Positions 50,501 to 59,163 of a stretch of 64,000 bases of DNA are shown here, piece by piece. Made by a program: the position numbers and the translations under genes. Location of the stretch: assembly GCA_958296135.2 (NCBI GenBank), contig CATQHZ020000001.1:256001-320000 (forward strand), read 5' to 3'. The notes beneath the pieces were generated by a model. That model saw only the letters and a list, made by a program, of their open reading frames with translations. It searched no databases and was not told the origin of the DNA. Position 1 is the first letter of the stretch. The number at the start of each line of letters is the position of its first letter. The DNA comes from an uncultured Poribacteria bacterium. Lineage in GTDB: Bacteria; Poribacteria; WGA-4E; WGA-3G.

Positions 50501-51342
50501 CAACGGGAGCCAAACTTTACTTGACGAACTCCTGGGGCAAAATCCAGCGTCTCAATCTTGACGGCTCCAACTTCCAATCCAATCTCATCACCGGATTGGA
50601 AGCACCACAGCATCTCGCCTTAGATGTATCCGGCGGCAAGTTCTACTGGACAGGGCCGCGGCGCATCTGGCGTGCAAACCTGAACGGGACAAACCGTGAA
50701 CAACTCGTTGCAGGCTTAGGCGAAATAGGCGGGCTCACCGTTGCAGGCAATAGAGTCTATTGGACAGAGAAGGAGCAAGATGCAGCGCGCGGCAGCATCC
50801 GCAGTGCAGCGCGCAACGGCTCCGACGTGAAGACACTGGCCACGTTAATGAGTGTTCCTGCCGGAATTGCGGTAGAGCCAGTCAGCAGGAACCTCTATTG
50901 GACGAACGCCAAAGGCAAGCTCCAGCGGGCGAACCTTGCGGGAAAACAGATCCAAGATGTCATTACGGGCTTGGGCCTACCCGCCGCCCTTGCCTTGGGG
51001 GCAGCACCGCAGCCCGCAGCACCGGCCGTGCTTGCCGCATCTCCACCTGAGCAAACGGCCCTGCTGCCCAACTACCCGAATCCGTTCAACCCGGAGACAT
51101 GGCTGCCGTATCAGTTAGCAAAACCTGCCGAGGTTACGGTGACGATTTATGCCGCAAACGGCACAGTCGTGCGAACGTTGGCGTTAGGACATCGGCGTGC
51201 AGGACGCTATGAAAGTCAGAGCCGCGCGGCGTATTGGGATGGACAGAATGCGGCCGGAGAACCGGTTGCAAGTGGACTGTATTTCTGGACACTGACAGCA
51301 GGCGAGTTCACGGCCACGCGGAGGCTGCTCCTCTTAAAGTAA
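44593..51342 (+). CDS. Giant secreted multidomain protein: zinc metallopeptidase, Ig-like repeats, cadherin, FN3, PE/Gly linker, two LTDs, YWTD/LDLR-B propeller, FlgD-Ig/T9SS-like tail
   Basis: VLHELFHGLGF (HExxH); F.FSE.V.GF Big repeats; PNFENPTD (cadherin); V.WTAP...Y.VQVRA.N (FN3); IFNE..DWIELRN; YWT repeats; NYPNPFNPETW. The start could alternatively be TTG 44587. Confidence 0.88.
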   Translation: MQLITLSKKNSPSLNEGIATRFCGTQKLLAGLVLLLCIGMTPAVLSQDFTYTGEKVAAQGIIITAIDQDMNTRVPARSLGIDGHAAQASAFEVTYTGFTAEAQAAFQHAVNIASSIISSPVTIRVAAAFTQFESPNILGGSSSNYIHRLSLVTRASRLVLWAPDALADKILRRDLVPGEPDIEAAFTNRAGVWYYGTDGNTPPGQYDFVTVVLHELFHGLGFSGEGGPLRTDPTQATVRLLGSPGFYDFFVIEGATTTLADRLIAKYPDPSAALLTAMTGGNLYWVGANGVTNNGGNRPKLYAPNPWNQGSSYAHLDEATYPAGNPNSLMTPRVGRAESIHDPGDIVRGMFTDMFWGAIPDAPTLTFTEPTGTQTGSFNVSITFSESVTGFDANDVSLRTSLTAGAGNPTLSVSGSGTTYTVSVTPAANTAGYVILSVRQNAATAGTTVIPAPSISQDAEAILFDTHTLDTGAPTVVISGPERANAAFDLTFNFSEALGPGANEFTATDISASGPGTTNPTVSEPSLTDSTAHIYTVSVTPASTATDGDITVTLNAGGVQDTAGNAIAAAGINTATVKYDITPPAVTVARPRLQGGTPQTGTAHHPFTVQIDFNEPVTGFETSDITLNSGAVTSLAGSSENYIATITPAADGDIVVTVHTTGVTDLAGNAGTTPFSVTVSYDAGPTVTMSTPKEYVNTDFVVIYTFNEKLDATSFTPSDIIVLPDTAILQSGPTKNTSDEKIWTTTIRPTAEGPVAVILKRESVTDETGNALVNTGSTRDVTVIYDSTQPTVAVSAPTTAAAAYHLTFTFSEEIDEHSFAETDVTLTGASAFGAAKGPPTPDPADAKVYQMLITPAAASSTGGDIIATLTAASVTDLAGNPFSTTGTALSATTTYANAPPTFNSTDTAFNVVENSTLVGDANAVSATDLDAPDTVTYSLSGADSGIFTISYTGVLQFSTTPNFENPTDQESVLPPNTAGNNEYIVEVTATGGTGERARNISKILVVTVTDVAEPPATPLAPTVLSLSATSLHVTWTAPENIGPEIIGYDVQYREGSTGNWIDVYHPDASTTTTINGLNQNAAYQVQVRAQNDEGTSPWSGCSALVACASTTSADPQVLTLESITLVNVQQTTNPPTFDVAFRFSDALATTGPGAFTIEDVNLSTEDNATATLSAPVHTDVSQHIWTVTLTPTSDGTFTFNLNHGSVTKASGNAYALDVSKNLVVPWDVSPPAITGGLQFPPNTLARYTAGNVIEVQATFDEDNVRYTGAQPYIIIYVGANERQAYWVHQEDTNSTLVTFAYTVTTADNAQYVSPKPNSLTIPVGADIVDDDGNSVVMAAKREQNLPPDATLETPIQIPTGDPPPILNVPIIGTPEPEPEPEPEPEPVTEEPSSSGGGGGGGGGGGGGGGGSPRVSKTRVPRTPLIFNEIGNGTENENDWIELRNVTGKPVPLKNWEISIVADNEKADNSLVEIPNGAQYSLPANGILLLTSTAPGKTHLAGGENIAKAGGAGPISPLYLVAPRLHIPNDGQFLLILRNARNQNGKPANITDLAGGGGRDTDAFIADKAQTIQTDIWPLKNTRTPGTNTEEALIADTVWRRDNARIVGYHKDAWAKAGYTGLGYDRQVPASYANGGTPGYPNDAVKSKASDFADGTTVSISEIMFAAGSNGKLPQWLEIYNSSQTQAVNLKGWKLELQNADSPDLRGNRRAALTLEKRIVLPQQRLLIFSASSQNSGEQHFPSTRRYSLYYNETHRAALGMKNQRDTVLSAVGFTLKLSDGEGTLVDTVGNLADTTAQAVQWQLPQGMDKDGVRSSMVRRYNNKGLPGTGTQRAGWVRTASLTLTGTKTYYGHPTDIGTPGYANSGPPASPTAVDSATVAPVVKVATLPPMYWINTTSRRLYRLTGATVAPFVPNVQNATSIAIDMAREKIYWTEQTGERTGRIRRAALDGSNVEVVKVLTSVPRDLAIDATGAKLYLTNSWGKIQRLNLDGSNFQSNLITGLEAPQHLALDVSGGKFYWTGPRRIWRANLNGTNREQLVAGLGEIGGLTVAGNRVYWTEKEQDAARGSIRSAARNGSDVKTLATLMSVPAGIAVEPVSRNLYWTNAKGKLQRANLAGKQIQDVITGLGLPAALALGAAPQPAAPAVLAASPPEQTALLPNYPNPFNPETWLPYQLAKPAEVTVTIYAANGTVVRTLALGHRRAGRYESQSRAAYWDGQNAAGEPVASGLYFWTLTAGEFTATRRLLLLK

Positions 51343-51473
51343 GGCCGCCGGCTTTTGTTCCGTAGGGCGCGGGCCCGGCGAGCGCGAATCGCCGGCCCCG
51401 TCCTCCGCCGTTTATACCGTAGGGCGAGGGCCTGTGCCTCGCCGAGTCGAAAAACACGCACGAGGAAACCACC

Positions 51474-53420
51474 ATGCCAACAAAGACATTCAACGATAAA
51501 CTCATCGCACGCCTCAAAACCGACACACGCTTCGTCGAGCCCGCCGGCGAATTCCTTGTCGCCGCCGCCAAAGATAGCGCATGGAAACTTGACACCGCCC
51601 TCGTCAAAATCCTCCTCAGTGAACCCGAATGCAAGGCGAAGTTTTTCTCCGAAATCGATGGACACTGGGTATTCAATTACAACACCTTCATTACCTATCT
51701 CTCCGATAAAAACTTCCTCGCCAATGCCTACACCCGATTCCGAAACAAAATCGGCTTAAATATTGACGAAAAGTTCCTCCCCGAACGCGGCGAAGTCGCA
51801 CTCGTTTGGCCCTACAAAGACTGCGTCTTGGAAGGCGGCCAGACGCGCCAAGCGGAAAAACGCACCGAGGTCTTCTTCAACGAGCTCCTTGCACCAGACG
51901 AAATCAACCGGCTTCTCGCGCCGAAGGTTTTCACGAAGTGGCAACGGCATACGCCTGCAGGCGAACAGCCGGCAACGGCCATCAACCGCGATGCAGATGG
52001 CACGATTCGTGAGAACCTGCTTGTCAAGGGGAACAATCTGTTGGCACTGCACAGTTTGAAGTTGCAGTTCCGAGGCAAGGTGAAATGTGTCTACATCGAT
52101 CCGCCCTATAACACGGGGAACGATTCGTTCGGCTATAACGATAATTTCAAGCATTCCAGTTGGCTGACGTTTATGCGAAATCGGCTGGAGGTAGCCCGCG
52201 AATTGTTGAACAACGCCGGTGTGATTTTTGTTCAGTGTGATGACAACGAACAGGCGTACCTGAGGGTTTTGATGGATGAGATTTTTGGCAGCGAAAATTT
52301 TGTCTCCAATTCCGTCATTGTGATCAATCGAGGCGGCAGAGACTACGGTGGTATCGCGAGAACCCACGAATACCTACTGATCTATTCAAAAAACCCTCGG
52401 ACAGAATTGAATCAGTTGGAAGAGGAGGGTAAGACGTTTGACTACGAAGATGAGATTGGCGGTTTTAACTTGATGGAGTTAAGAAATCGCAACATTCGGT
52501 TCAACGCTAAGAATCGACCGAATCTCTGTTACCCATTTTATGTCAATCCATCATCCGCGGATGCTGATGATTTATTGGAAGTGGCACTAGAAAAGCAAAC
52601 TGGTTTTGTCGAAGTGATGCCGTTAAAATCGCAGGGCGTGCAGACAGTTTGGAGATGGGGCAAGGAGAAGTCGCACCAGAACTTAAACACCGAGATAAAA
52701 GCGAAGGCGAAGCGTGACGGTGGATATATGATTGTTCAAAAACACCGGAAGTCCTCGAAACGACAGCGGAGCGTTTGGGACGAGAAGGAATTTGTGAACG
52801 AACGGGGAACTGAACACATAAAAGCGTTATTTGCTCAAAAAGTGTTTGACTACCCCAAATCGGAACATCTCATTGCACGGGTTATTGAACTAGGGTCCGA
52901 TTCAGGAGATATCGTGCTGGACTTCCACCTCGGTAGTGGCACAACCGCCACTGTCGCACACAAGATGGGGCGACAGTGGCTCGGGGTTGAGCAAATGGAC
53001 TCCATAGAAACAGTGACGCTCCCTCGTTTGGAAAAGGTGCTCACGGGCGAACAGGGCGGCATTTCCAAATCAGTCAACTGGCAGGGCGGCGGCGATTTCA
53101 TTTCCTGTGAACTGATGCCTTACAACGCCGCCTTCATCGAACGCATCCAAGCGGCACGTACTAGCGACGAACTGGTGGCAATCTGGCGCGACATGTCAAA
53201 GGCATCGTTCCTGAATTGGTATGTCAACCCCGAGGTACCTGAAGACGCAGTGGCGGATTTCATTGCTATCGGTGATGTAGCGCAGCAGCAATCGCTGTTG
53301 ATGGAACTGTTGGATAAGAATCAACTCTACGTCAACCTATCAGAGATAGACGATGAGACTTTTCAAGTCAGCGATGCGGATAAGGGGCTGAACCGCGCAT
53401 TTTATGCTCGGGCGAACTAG
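51474..53420 (+). CDS. mod: Type III R-M Mod subunit (N6-adenine MTase)
   Basis: NLLVKGNNL, YIDPPYNTG, YPKSE, VLDFHLGSGTT. Confidence 0.92.
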   Translation: MPTKTFNDKLIARLKTDTRFVEPAGEFLVAAAKDSAWKLDTALVKILLSEPECKAKFFSEIDGHWVFNYNTFITYLSDKNFLANAYTRFRNKIGLNIDEKFLPERGEVALVWPYKDCVLEGGQTRQAEKRTEVFFNELLAPDEINRLLAPKVFTKWQRHTPAGEQPATAINRDADGTIRENLLVKGNNLLALHSLKLQFRGKVKCVYIDPPYNTGNDSFGYNDNFKHSSWLTFMRNRLEVARELLNNAGVIFVQCDDNEQAYLRVLMDEIFGSENFVSNSVIVINRGGRDYGGIARTHEYLLIYSKNPRTELNQLEEEGKTFDYEDEIGGFNLMELRNRNIRFNAKNRPNLCYPFYVNPSSADADDLLEVALEKQTGFVEVMPLKSQGVQTVWRWGKEKSHQNLNTEIKAKAKRDGGYMIVQKHRKSSKRQRSVWDEKEFVNERGTEHIKALFAQKVFDYPKSEHLIARVIELGSDSGDIVLDFHLGSGTTATVAHKMGRQWLGVEQMDSIETVTLPRLEKVLTGEQGGISKSVNWQGGGDFISCELMPYNAAFIERIQAARTSDELVAIWRDMSKASFLNWYVNPEVPEDAVADFIAIGDVAQQQSLLMELLDKNQLYVNLSEIDDETFQVSDADKGLNRAFYARAN

Positions 53421-53522
53421 TTTCCCTACGCGGGTGAAGGGGCGGATTTTCTTGAAACCCTTGGAAATCCAAAACGAAACCGGGCTGATTGACTTAACGA
53501 AAATCGAAGAAAAACTAGCGCA

Positions 53523-53677
53523 AAAAATGACATTTTTCAAAACGGCAAAAAAGTGTCACATCTGTCACTTTTTTATCAAACAAAATAGCCCGCTCGCTTT
53601 ACGCACCCACTGCCGCGCGGCACTCAAAACACCAGAAAAAGTGACACCCTGACGCGCCGAAAAAGTGACACTTTTTT
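53523..53677. repeat. Array of AAAAAGTG-A-CACTTTTT-type palindromes between mod and res
   Basis: Palindromes at 53523-53537, 53547-53574 and 53660-53676; half-site at 53635-53647. Confidence 0.75.
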
Positions 53678-53716
53678 AGCAGGAACTGGCCACTACGCCG
53701 GAACAAAGAAACCGAA

Positions 53717-56293
53717 ATGCCCGAAAAATTTTTATACGAAACCCTAGTTGAGGAATTCGGGAGGCGCACACTCCAAGCCACCGAAATGCCCACTTACCTC
53801 ACTGATAACCTCAATCCCGCGTTTGAACTTCGTCACTATCAAAAGGACGCGTTCGCGCGGTTCTTCCTCTGCTTTAACGAAGAATTTGAGGGCAAGGAAA
53901 AACCGCTCCACCTCCTCTTTAACATGGCGACTGGCAGCGGCAAGACGCTCATCATGGCAGGGTTGATGCTCTACCTCTACAAGCACGGTTATCGCAACTT
54001 CCTCTTCTTCGTCAACTCTACTAATATCATTGAGAAGACGAAGGACAACTTCCTCAACCCGCGCGCCTCCAAATACCTCTTCAACGAAAATCTCTATTTT
54101 GAGGGACAACGTGTTGAGGTGACAGCGGTGGATAATTTTGAGGGCGTTAACGCGCACGCCATCAATTTATGCTTCACGACAATTCAGAAGCTGCACACCG
54201 ATCTGACCACGGTGAAGGAGAACGCGCTCACCTACGAAGATTTCGCCGACAAGCAAATTGTGCTTCTAGCGGATGAAGCACACCACATCAACGTCCAGAC
54301 GAAGGCGCAGCAGGAACTGTTTAACAACTGGGAAAACACGGTGGAACGTATCTTCAACGCCAACGCGGATAACCTGCTGCTGGAGTTCACTGCCACGCAC
54401 GATTATGAAACGCCCGCGATGGTAGATAAATATCGGACGAAGGTTATCAACCGCTATGCGCTGAAGGATTTCCGGAACGACCGGTTTTCCAAAGATGTCG
54501 TCATCGTGCAATCCGATTTTGAACTGCCCCAACGCATTCTGCAAGCGTTAATTATCAGCGAGTATAAACAAGCAGTGGCGGCGAAACACGGCATTCACCT
54601 GAAACCCGTCATCCTCTTCAAAGCGCAGCGCACGATTGCGCAATCGGAAGAGAATAAGGCAAACTTCCATCGCTTGGTTGATGGGCTCACGGAGGCTCAG
54701 GTTACCGATATTCGCGAATCGTCAACCCTGCCGCTTGTTCAGCAGGCGTTCCAATTCTTTTCGGGGCATCAGGTATCAGACGCGCAGTTGGCACAACGCC
54801 TCAAACACGGGTTTCGGGAGACGAATTGCCTCTCTGTCAACAGCGAGAAGGAAAAGGACACCTACCAACTTCAGGTAAACACGCTTGAGGATGCGGGCAA
54901 TCCGCTCCGCGCCATCTTCGCCGTGCAGAAACTGAACGAAGGGTGGGATGTGCTGAACCTATTTGACATTGTCCGCTGTTATGAAACCCGCGATTCGGGG
55001 CGCGACAAAATCGGGAAAACAACGATTTCCGAGGCGCAGCTCATCGGGCGCGGGGCGCGCTACTTCCCGTTCGTCGTACCAGGGCACCCAGACAAGTTCC
55101 TCCGCAAATTTGACAAGGAACTTGATAACGAACGCCGCGTACTCGAAGAACTCCACTATCACAGCATCAACGATTCGCGCTACATCTCCGAAATCCGCAC
55201 CGCCTTGGTTGAGCAAGGCATGCTAGACGAAAACACCGTGACGCGCGAACTCACTCTGAAACCGAAGTTCAAACAGACAGACTTTTACAAACACGGTGTC
55301 GTCTGGCTGAACGAACGGGTTCCGAAAACTTATCGGAACGTGCACTCCTTCGCAGAACTAGGCGTGCAACAGAAAAACTATGTCCATACCGTCGCAACGG
55401 GACACGGCGGTGGGAGCCGCGTGCTGGAAAGCGACACGGCACCTATCGTGCATGAAGAAAATCGGCGGGATGTCCGGGTGGCAGATATGGCGCGCAATAT
55501 CGTCCAAGCGGCTATCGCTCGCAATCCCTTTTTCACGTTCGCATCCCTCAAGCGGTATTTTCCATCACTCGCATCAATCCTCGAATTTATCACTTCCGAG
55601 AACTACCTCGGCGGCTTGGCAATCACCTTTGAAGGGACTATCAGTGAATTAGACATGAATCCGGCGGCGAAGTTGGCGGGCTGTCGCGGGCTGATGCAGC
55701 AGATTGAGACAGAGATTCGCGCGCAAATCACCGAATACGAAGGCACCACGCAGTTCAGGGAAAACCAGGTCCGCGCCATTTTCACGGATAAGCACCTGAA
55801 ATTCGCGGTGAACACCGCGCGTGCCGATGACGATGCACAATTCACGCATTTCGTCTCCGCCAAAAACTGGTATGCCTTCAATACACTCCACGGCACCAGT
55901 GAGGAAAAGGCGTTCGTGCGGATGTTGGACCGGATGATTCCTGAACTAGAGCAAACCTACGAGGACATCTACCTCCTCCGCAACGAAGGGCATTTCGCCA
56001 TCTATCACTTCTCCGACGGGCAAGCCTTCCAACCCGACTTCGTGCTGTTCCTCCGAGATAAAAATGGCCAAGAATCCAATTATCAACTCTTCATTGAGCC
56101 AAAAGGGAAGCATCTCCAAGCGCATGACGCGTGGAAAGTCAACTTTTTGAAAGAGATTCGCGCCCAATTCGGTAGCCGAAATCTGACAGAGGATAGGGAC
56201 TCTCGCCTCATCGGCGTGCCGTTCTACAACAACGAAAACGAGAACGAATGCCGAGCGGCTCTTGAGGAGGCGTTGGCGGATGCACGCGTGTGA
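53717..56293 (+). CDS. res: Type III R-M Res subunit (SF2 helicase plus PD-(D/E)XK nuclease)
   Basis: MATGSGKT, DEAHH, EFTAT, LNEGWDV, QLIGRGAR, FQPDF...FIEPKG. Confidence 0.93.
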   Translation: MPEKFLYETLVEEFGRRTLQATEMPTYLTDNLNPAFELRHYQKDAFARFFLCFNEEFEGKEKPLHLLFNMATGSGKTLIMAGLMLYLYKHGYRNFLFFVNSTNIIEKTKDNFLNPRASKYLFNENLYFEGQRVEVTAVDNFEGVNAHAINLCFTTIQKLHTDLTTVKENALTYEDFADKQIVLLADEAHHINVQTKAQQELFNNWENTVERIFNANADNLLLEFTATHDYETPAMVDKYRTKVINRYALKDFRNDRFSKDVVIVQSDFELPQRILQALIISEYKQAVAAKHGIHLKPVILFKAQRTIAQSEENKANFHRLVDGLTEAQVTDIRESSTLPLVQQAFQFFSGHQVSDAQLAQRLKHGFRETNCLSVNSEKEKDTYQLQVNTLEDAGNPLRAIFAVQKLNEGWDVLNLFDIVRCYETRDSGRDKIGKTTISEAQLIGRGARYFPFVVPGHPDKFLRKFDKELDNERRVLEELHYHSINDSRYISEIRTALVEQGMLDENTVTRELTLKPKFKQTDFYKHGVVWLNERVPKTYRNVHSFAELGVQQKNYVHTVATGHGGGSRVLESDTAPIVHEENRRDVRVADMARNIVQAAIARNPFFTFASLKRYFPSLASILEFITSENYLGGLAITFEGTISELDMNPAAKLAGCRGLMQQIETEIRAQITEYEGTTQFRENQVRAIFTDKHLKFAVNTARADDDAQFTHFVSAKNWYAFNTLHGTSEEKAFVRMLDRMIPELEQTYEDIYLLRNEGHFAIYHFSDGQAFQPDFVLFLRDKNGQESNYQLFIEPKGKHLQAHDAWKVNFLKEIRAQFGSRNLTEDRDSRLIGVPFYNNENENECRAALEEALADARV

Positions 56294-56447
56294 AAACAGA
56301 ACGATTGAGTTCTCCAATCCCCCTATAAGGACAGATTTCTATATCCATCCGCTGTTCCCGCGCGGAACAGAAGGAGAAAGACATCCGCTCGGACAATGGA
56401 GAGTGCAAAAATGGAAAACGAAAAGAGCCGAGTCTGAAAATTTTCGC

Positions 56448-56476
56448 TTGACAAAAACGGCAAATTACATTAAAAT
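56448..56476 (+). promoter_or_regulatory. Sigma70 promoter
   Basis: TTGACA-17 nt-TAAAAT. Confidence 0.7.
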
Positions 56477-56595
56477 ACTTCAGAACTTACGCAAATGCCA
56501 GAATTATCTACTGGTAGACGCGATTTCAAACCGCGCCCACGGAGTTCGTTCCGCGTAAGTCATCACGCTTTAAACCCTAGAAGGAGCAGCTAACC

Positions 56596-57339
56596 ATGTT
56601 TAGAGACAAAAACTCAAAACTTCACTCCAGGCTGATGATAGCCGTCATCCTCGCGATGTGCTTCGGCGCAGGTTGTGAGAGAATTCCGACAGAGGTGACG
56701 ATGCTGGTTCCCGCAGGAAAAACAGCCGCAGCAACCATCACCGAAAAACTAGGCACCGATAGCGGTATTACCGGCACAGCCGTATTTATGGAGACAGAAG
56801 GAACGGTGCACGTCCGCATTGAAATTCAGAACGCCGCACCGGGACTTCACGCCGCACACCTCTACAACGGTGCCGATTGCACGAACGCCGAAGGACATTG
56901 GCACCCCACTCACATTCCGATCGGCACTATCGGTGTACCCATCGTGGAAGCAACACCCGATATGCCACCCGTTGGGAGAGGCGGAATTGGCAACATCCAC
57001 GTCGGCGAGGATGGCATGGGCACCCTGGAATTCACTACCGCACTCTGGTCCCTCGGTGGCGACCCGAGCACTGACATTCTCGGCAAGCTCCTCATGATTC
57101 ATGAAAAAGGCGATACCTTTGAAACGCCGCCTACAGTAGATGCCGACATCGCACCACCGGTGGAGCAACCCCCGGTCATTGTGATACCAGCCCCAGGAGA
57201 ACCGATTGAGAGGGCAGAAGTGCCGCAACCGGTTCTCGTTACGAAAATGGCAGACCCAGCCGATGACCCAGCGACTGCACCCATCGTGATAGGCGGCGGT
57301 GCACATCTCGCTTGCGGCGTGATAGCGTTGACAGAATAA
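56596..57339 (+). CDS. Cu/Zn superoxide-dismutase-fold lipoprotein with degenerate metal ligands
   Basis: Lipobox-like GAGC; PGLHAAHLY..ADC, GHW.P, IGNI.V..DG.G, LMIHEKGD, ACGVI. Confidence 0.8.
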   Translation: MFRDKNSKLHSRLMIAVILAMCFGAGCERIPTEVTMLVPAGKTAAATITEKLGTDSGITGTAVFMETEGTVHVRIEIQNAAPGLHAAHLYNGADCTNAEGHWHPTHIPIGTIGVPIVEATPDMPPVGRGGIGNIHVGEDGMGTLEFTTALWSLGGDPSTDILGKLLMIHEKGDTFETPPTVDADIAPPVEQPPVIVIPAPGEPIERAEVPQPVLVTKMADPADDPATAPIVIGGGAHLACGVIALTE

Positions 57340-57363
57340 TACCCGATTTGGACATCGCGCGAT

Positions 57364-58320
57364 ATGTTTACCCATTTGCAGCAACTTCAACGGATAACGA
57401 TATGGGGTGTCGGTTTAATCGGCGGCTCGCTTGGACTTGCGCTGAAAGCGAACGGATTCAAGGGCGAGCGCGTCGGACTCGGCAGACGGCTCTCCACCCT
57501 GAAGCAGGCACTCGCGCGCGATGCAGTAGATGTAATAACAACCGACATCGCCGCGGGCATCCGCGATGCAGAACTCGTCGTCCTCGGCACCCCGGTCCAA
57601 CATGTTCCGGGGTTTGTGGCACGCATTGCCGAATGCGCAGTCGGCGGTTCCTCCCACTCCCGAAAACCCGACGGAGCGCAGGGGCCCGGCCACCGCGAAC
57701 CCTCAAAAACAAGAATCGTCGTTACCGATGTTGGCAGCACAAAAGTCGCGACGGTGAAAGCAGTTGAAGAACGGCTCATCCCGCGTTACCGAGAAGTTGT
57801 AGCCTTTGTCGGAGGGCATCCGATGGCTGGTTCACACGAAACTGGCGTAGGCGCAGCGCGGGCGACACTTTTTGAAAACGCGAAGTGCATCCTAACTCCT
57901 ACCGGGAATACCGACAGAGACGCACTACAACGCATCGAAGACTTGTGGAAATTTGTCGGGGCGGTGCCATATCGCCTCTCGCCGGAAGCACACGATCTCC
58001 TCATCGGTGCCGCGAGTCATCTGCCGCATCTCATCGCCAGTCTGCTGACGAACAGCGTCGCCGGTGTGGAGACAGGTTGCGAAAAAGCCTTGGATTATAC
58101 AGCGACCGGTTTTCGAGATACGACGCGCATCGCCGCCGGCTCACCAGAGATGTGGACAGGGATTTTCACGCAGAATACCGAAGTCCTCTCCGCACTCATC
58201 AATGGCATGGTAGATAACTTAATCGATTTCAAAAACCTGCTCCAAACCGATAACCACGCCGAAATTGAACGCGTGCTAACCGAAGCAAAAACATATCGGG
58301 AAACGCTGCGTAGTTCCTAG
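57364..58320 (+). CDS. tyrA: Prephenate/arogenate dehydrogenase
   Basis: GVGLIGGS, TDVGSTK, GGHPMAG, HD...SHLPH, GFRDTTRIA. Confidence 0.93.
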   Translation: MFTHLQQLQRITIWGVGLIGGSLGLALKANGFKGERVGLGRRLSTLKQALARDAVDVITTDIAAGIRDAELVVLGTPVQHVPGFVARIAECAVGGSSHSRKPDGAQGPGHREPSKTRIVVTDVGSTKVATVKAVEERLIPRYREVVAFVGGHPMAGSHETGVGAARATLFENAKCILTPTGNTDRDALQRIEDLWKFVGAVPYRLSPEAHDLLIGAASHLPHLIASLLTNSVAGVETGCEKALDYTATGFRDTTRIAAGSPEMWTGIFTQNTEVLSALINGMVDNLIDFKNLLQTDNHAEIERVLTEAKTYRETLRSS

Positions 58321-58389
58321 CGGTGGGTTGACTGCTGTTTTACAAGATACGTTGCCTTATCAGGCCGCAGCACTGAACGATAGACGATA

Positions 58390-59094
58390 ATGGAAAAGAA
58401 CCAACCGAGCGCACAGCCCGTGATAGCGGCTGCTGCGCGGCAATTGACGATTGCAATAGATGGCCCGGCCGGGTCTGGGAAAAGCACCGTAGCGCGACGC
58501 GTCGCTGAAAAACTGGGATGCCTTTATCTTGACTCCGGGGCGATGTATCGGGCAGTTACCGTCCTAGCCATACGGCATAAACTGCCTGCAGGTTCGCCGA
58601 AACTGACAGCCCTCGTCCAAGAGTGTCACATCAAATTCGCAGATAACGGCAAGACTGTTTTGCTTGACAGCGAGGATGTCACTACCTGCATCCGCACCCC
58701 GGCGGTGAACAAACAGGTTGCGGATGTGGCGAAAATCCCAGAGATTCGGAAGGAGATTGTCAAGCATCAACAACGCATCGGCGCAGAGGGAAGTATCGTC
58801 GCAGAAGGACGAGATCTGACAACGATTGTCTTTCCAGACGCTAACTTCAAATTCTACCTTGATGCCTCTGTCACGGAACGCGCAAGGCGGCGGTTGGCGG
58901 AACTCCGTTCACAGAACGTTCAAACGACGCTTGACGAGGTAGAAGCGGAAATCCGCATGCGCGATGAGAAAGATACCTCGCGCGAGCACAGCCCTCTCCG
59001 TGAGGCGGAAGATGCAATCGTCGTCGATACAACGCATAAGACAATTGACGAAGTGGTCAATTTTATTGTGGCACAGGTGCAGGTTTCCCGGTAG
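58390..59094 (+). CDS. cmk: Cytidylate kinase
   Basis: IAIDGPAGSGKST, LDSGAMYRA, AEGRD, RD..D..R..SPL. Confidence 0.96.
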   Translation: MEKNQPSAQPVIAAAARQLTIAIDGPAGSGKSTVARRVAEKLGCLYLDSGAMYRAVTVLAIRHKLPAGSPKLTALVQECHIKFADNGKTVLLDSEDVTTCIRTPAVNKQVADVAKIPEIRKEIVKHQQRIGAEGSIVAEGRDLTTIVFPDANFKFYLDASVTERARRRLAELRSQNVQTTLDEVEAEIRMRDEKDTSREHSPLREAEDAIVVDTTHKTIDEVVNFIVAQVQVSR

Positions 59095-59163
59095 GTGCGC
59101 CCGCCTGTCTTCAGTTGGTAAGGGCGGATTTCTATGGTTTCCGCCCGTTAAGGAGGATTATGT

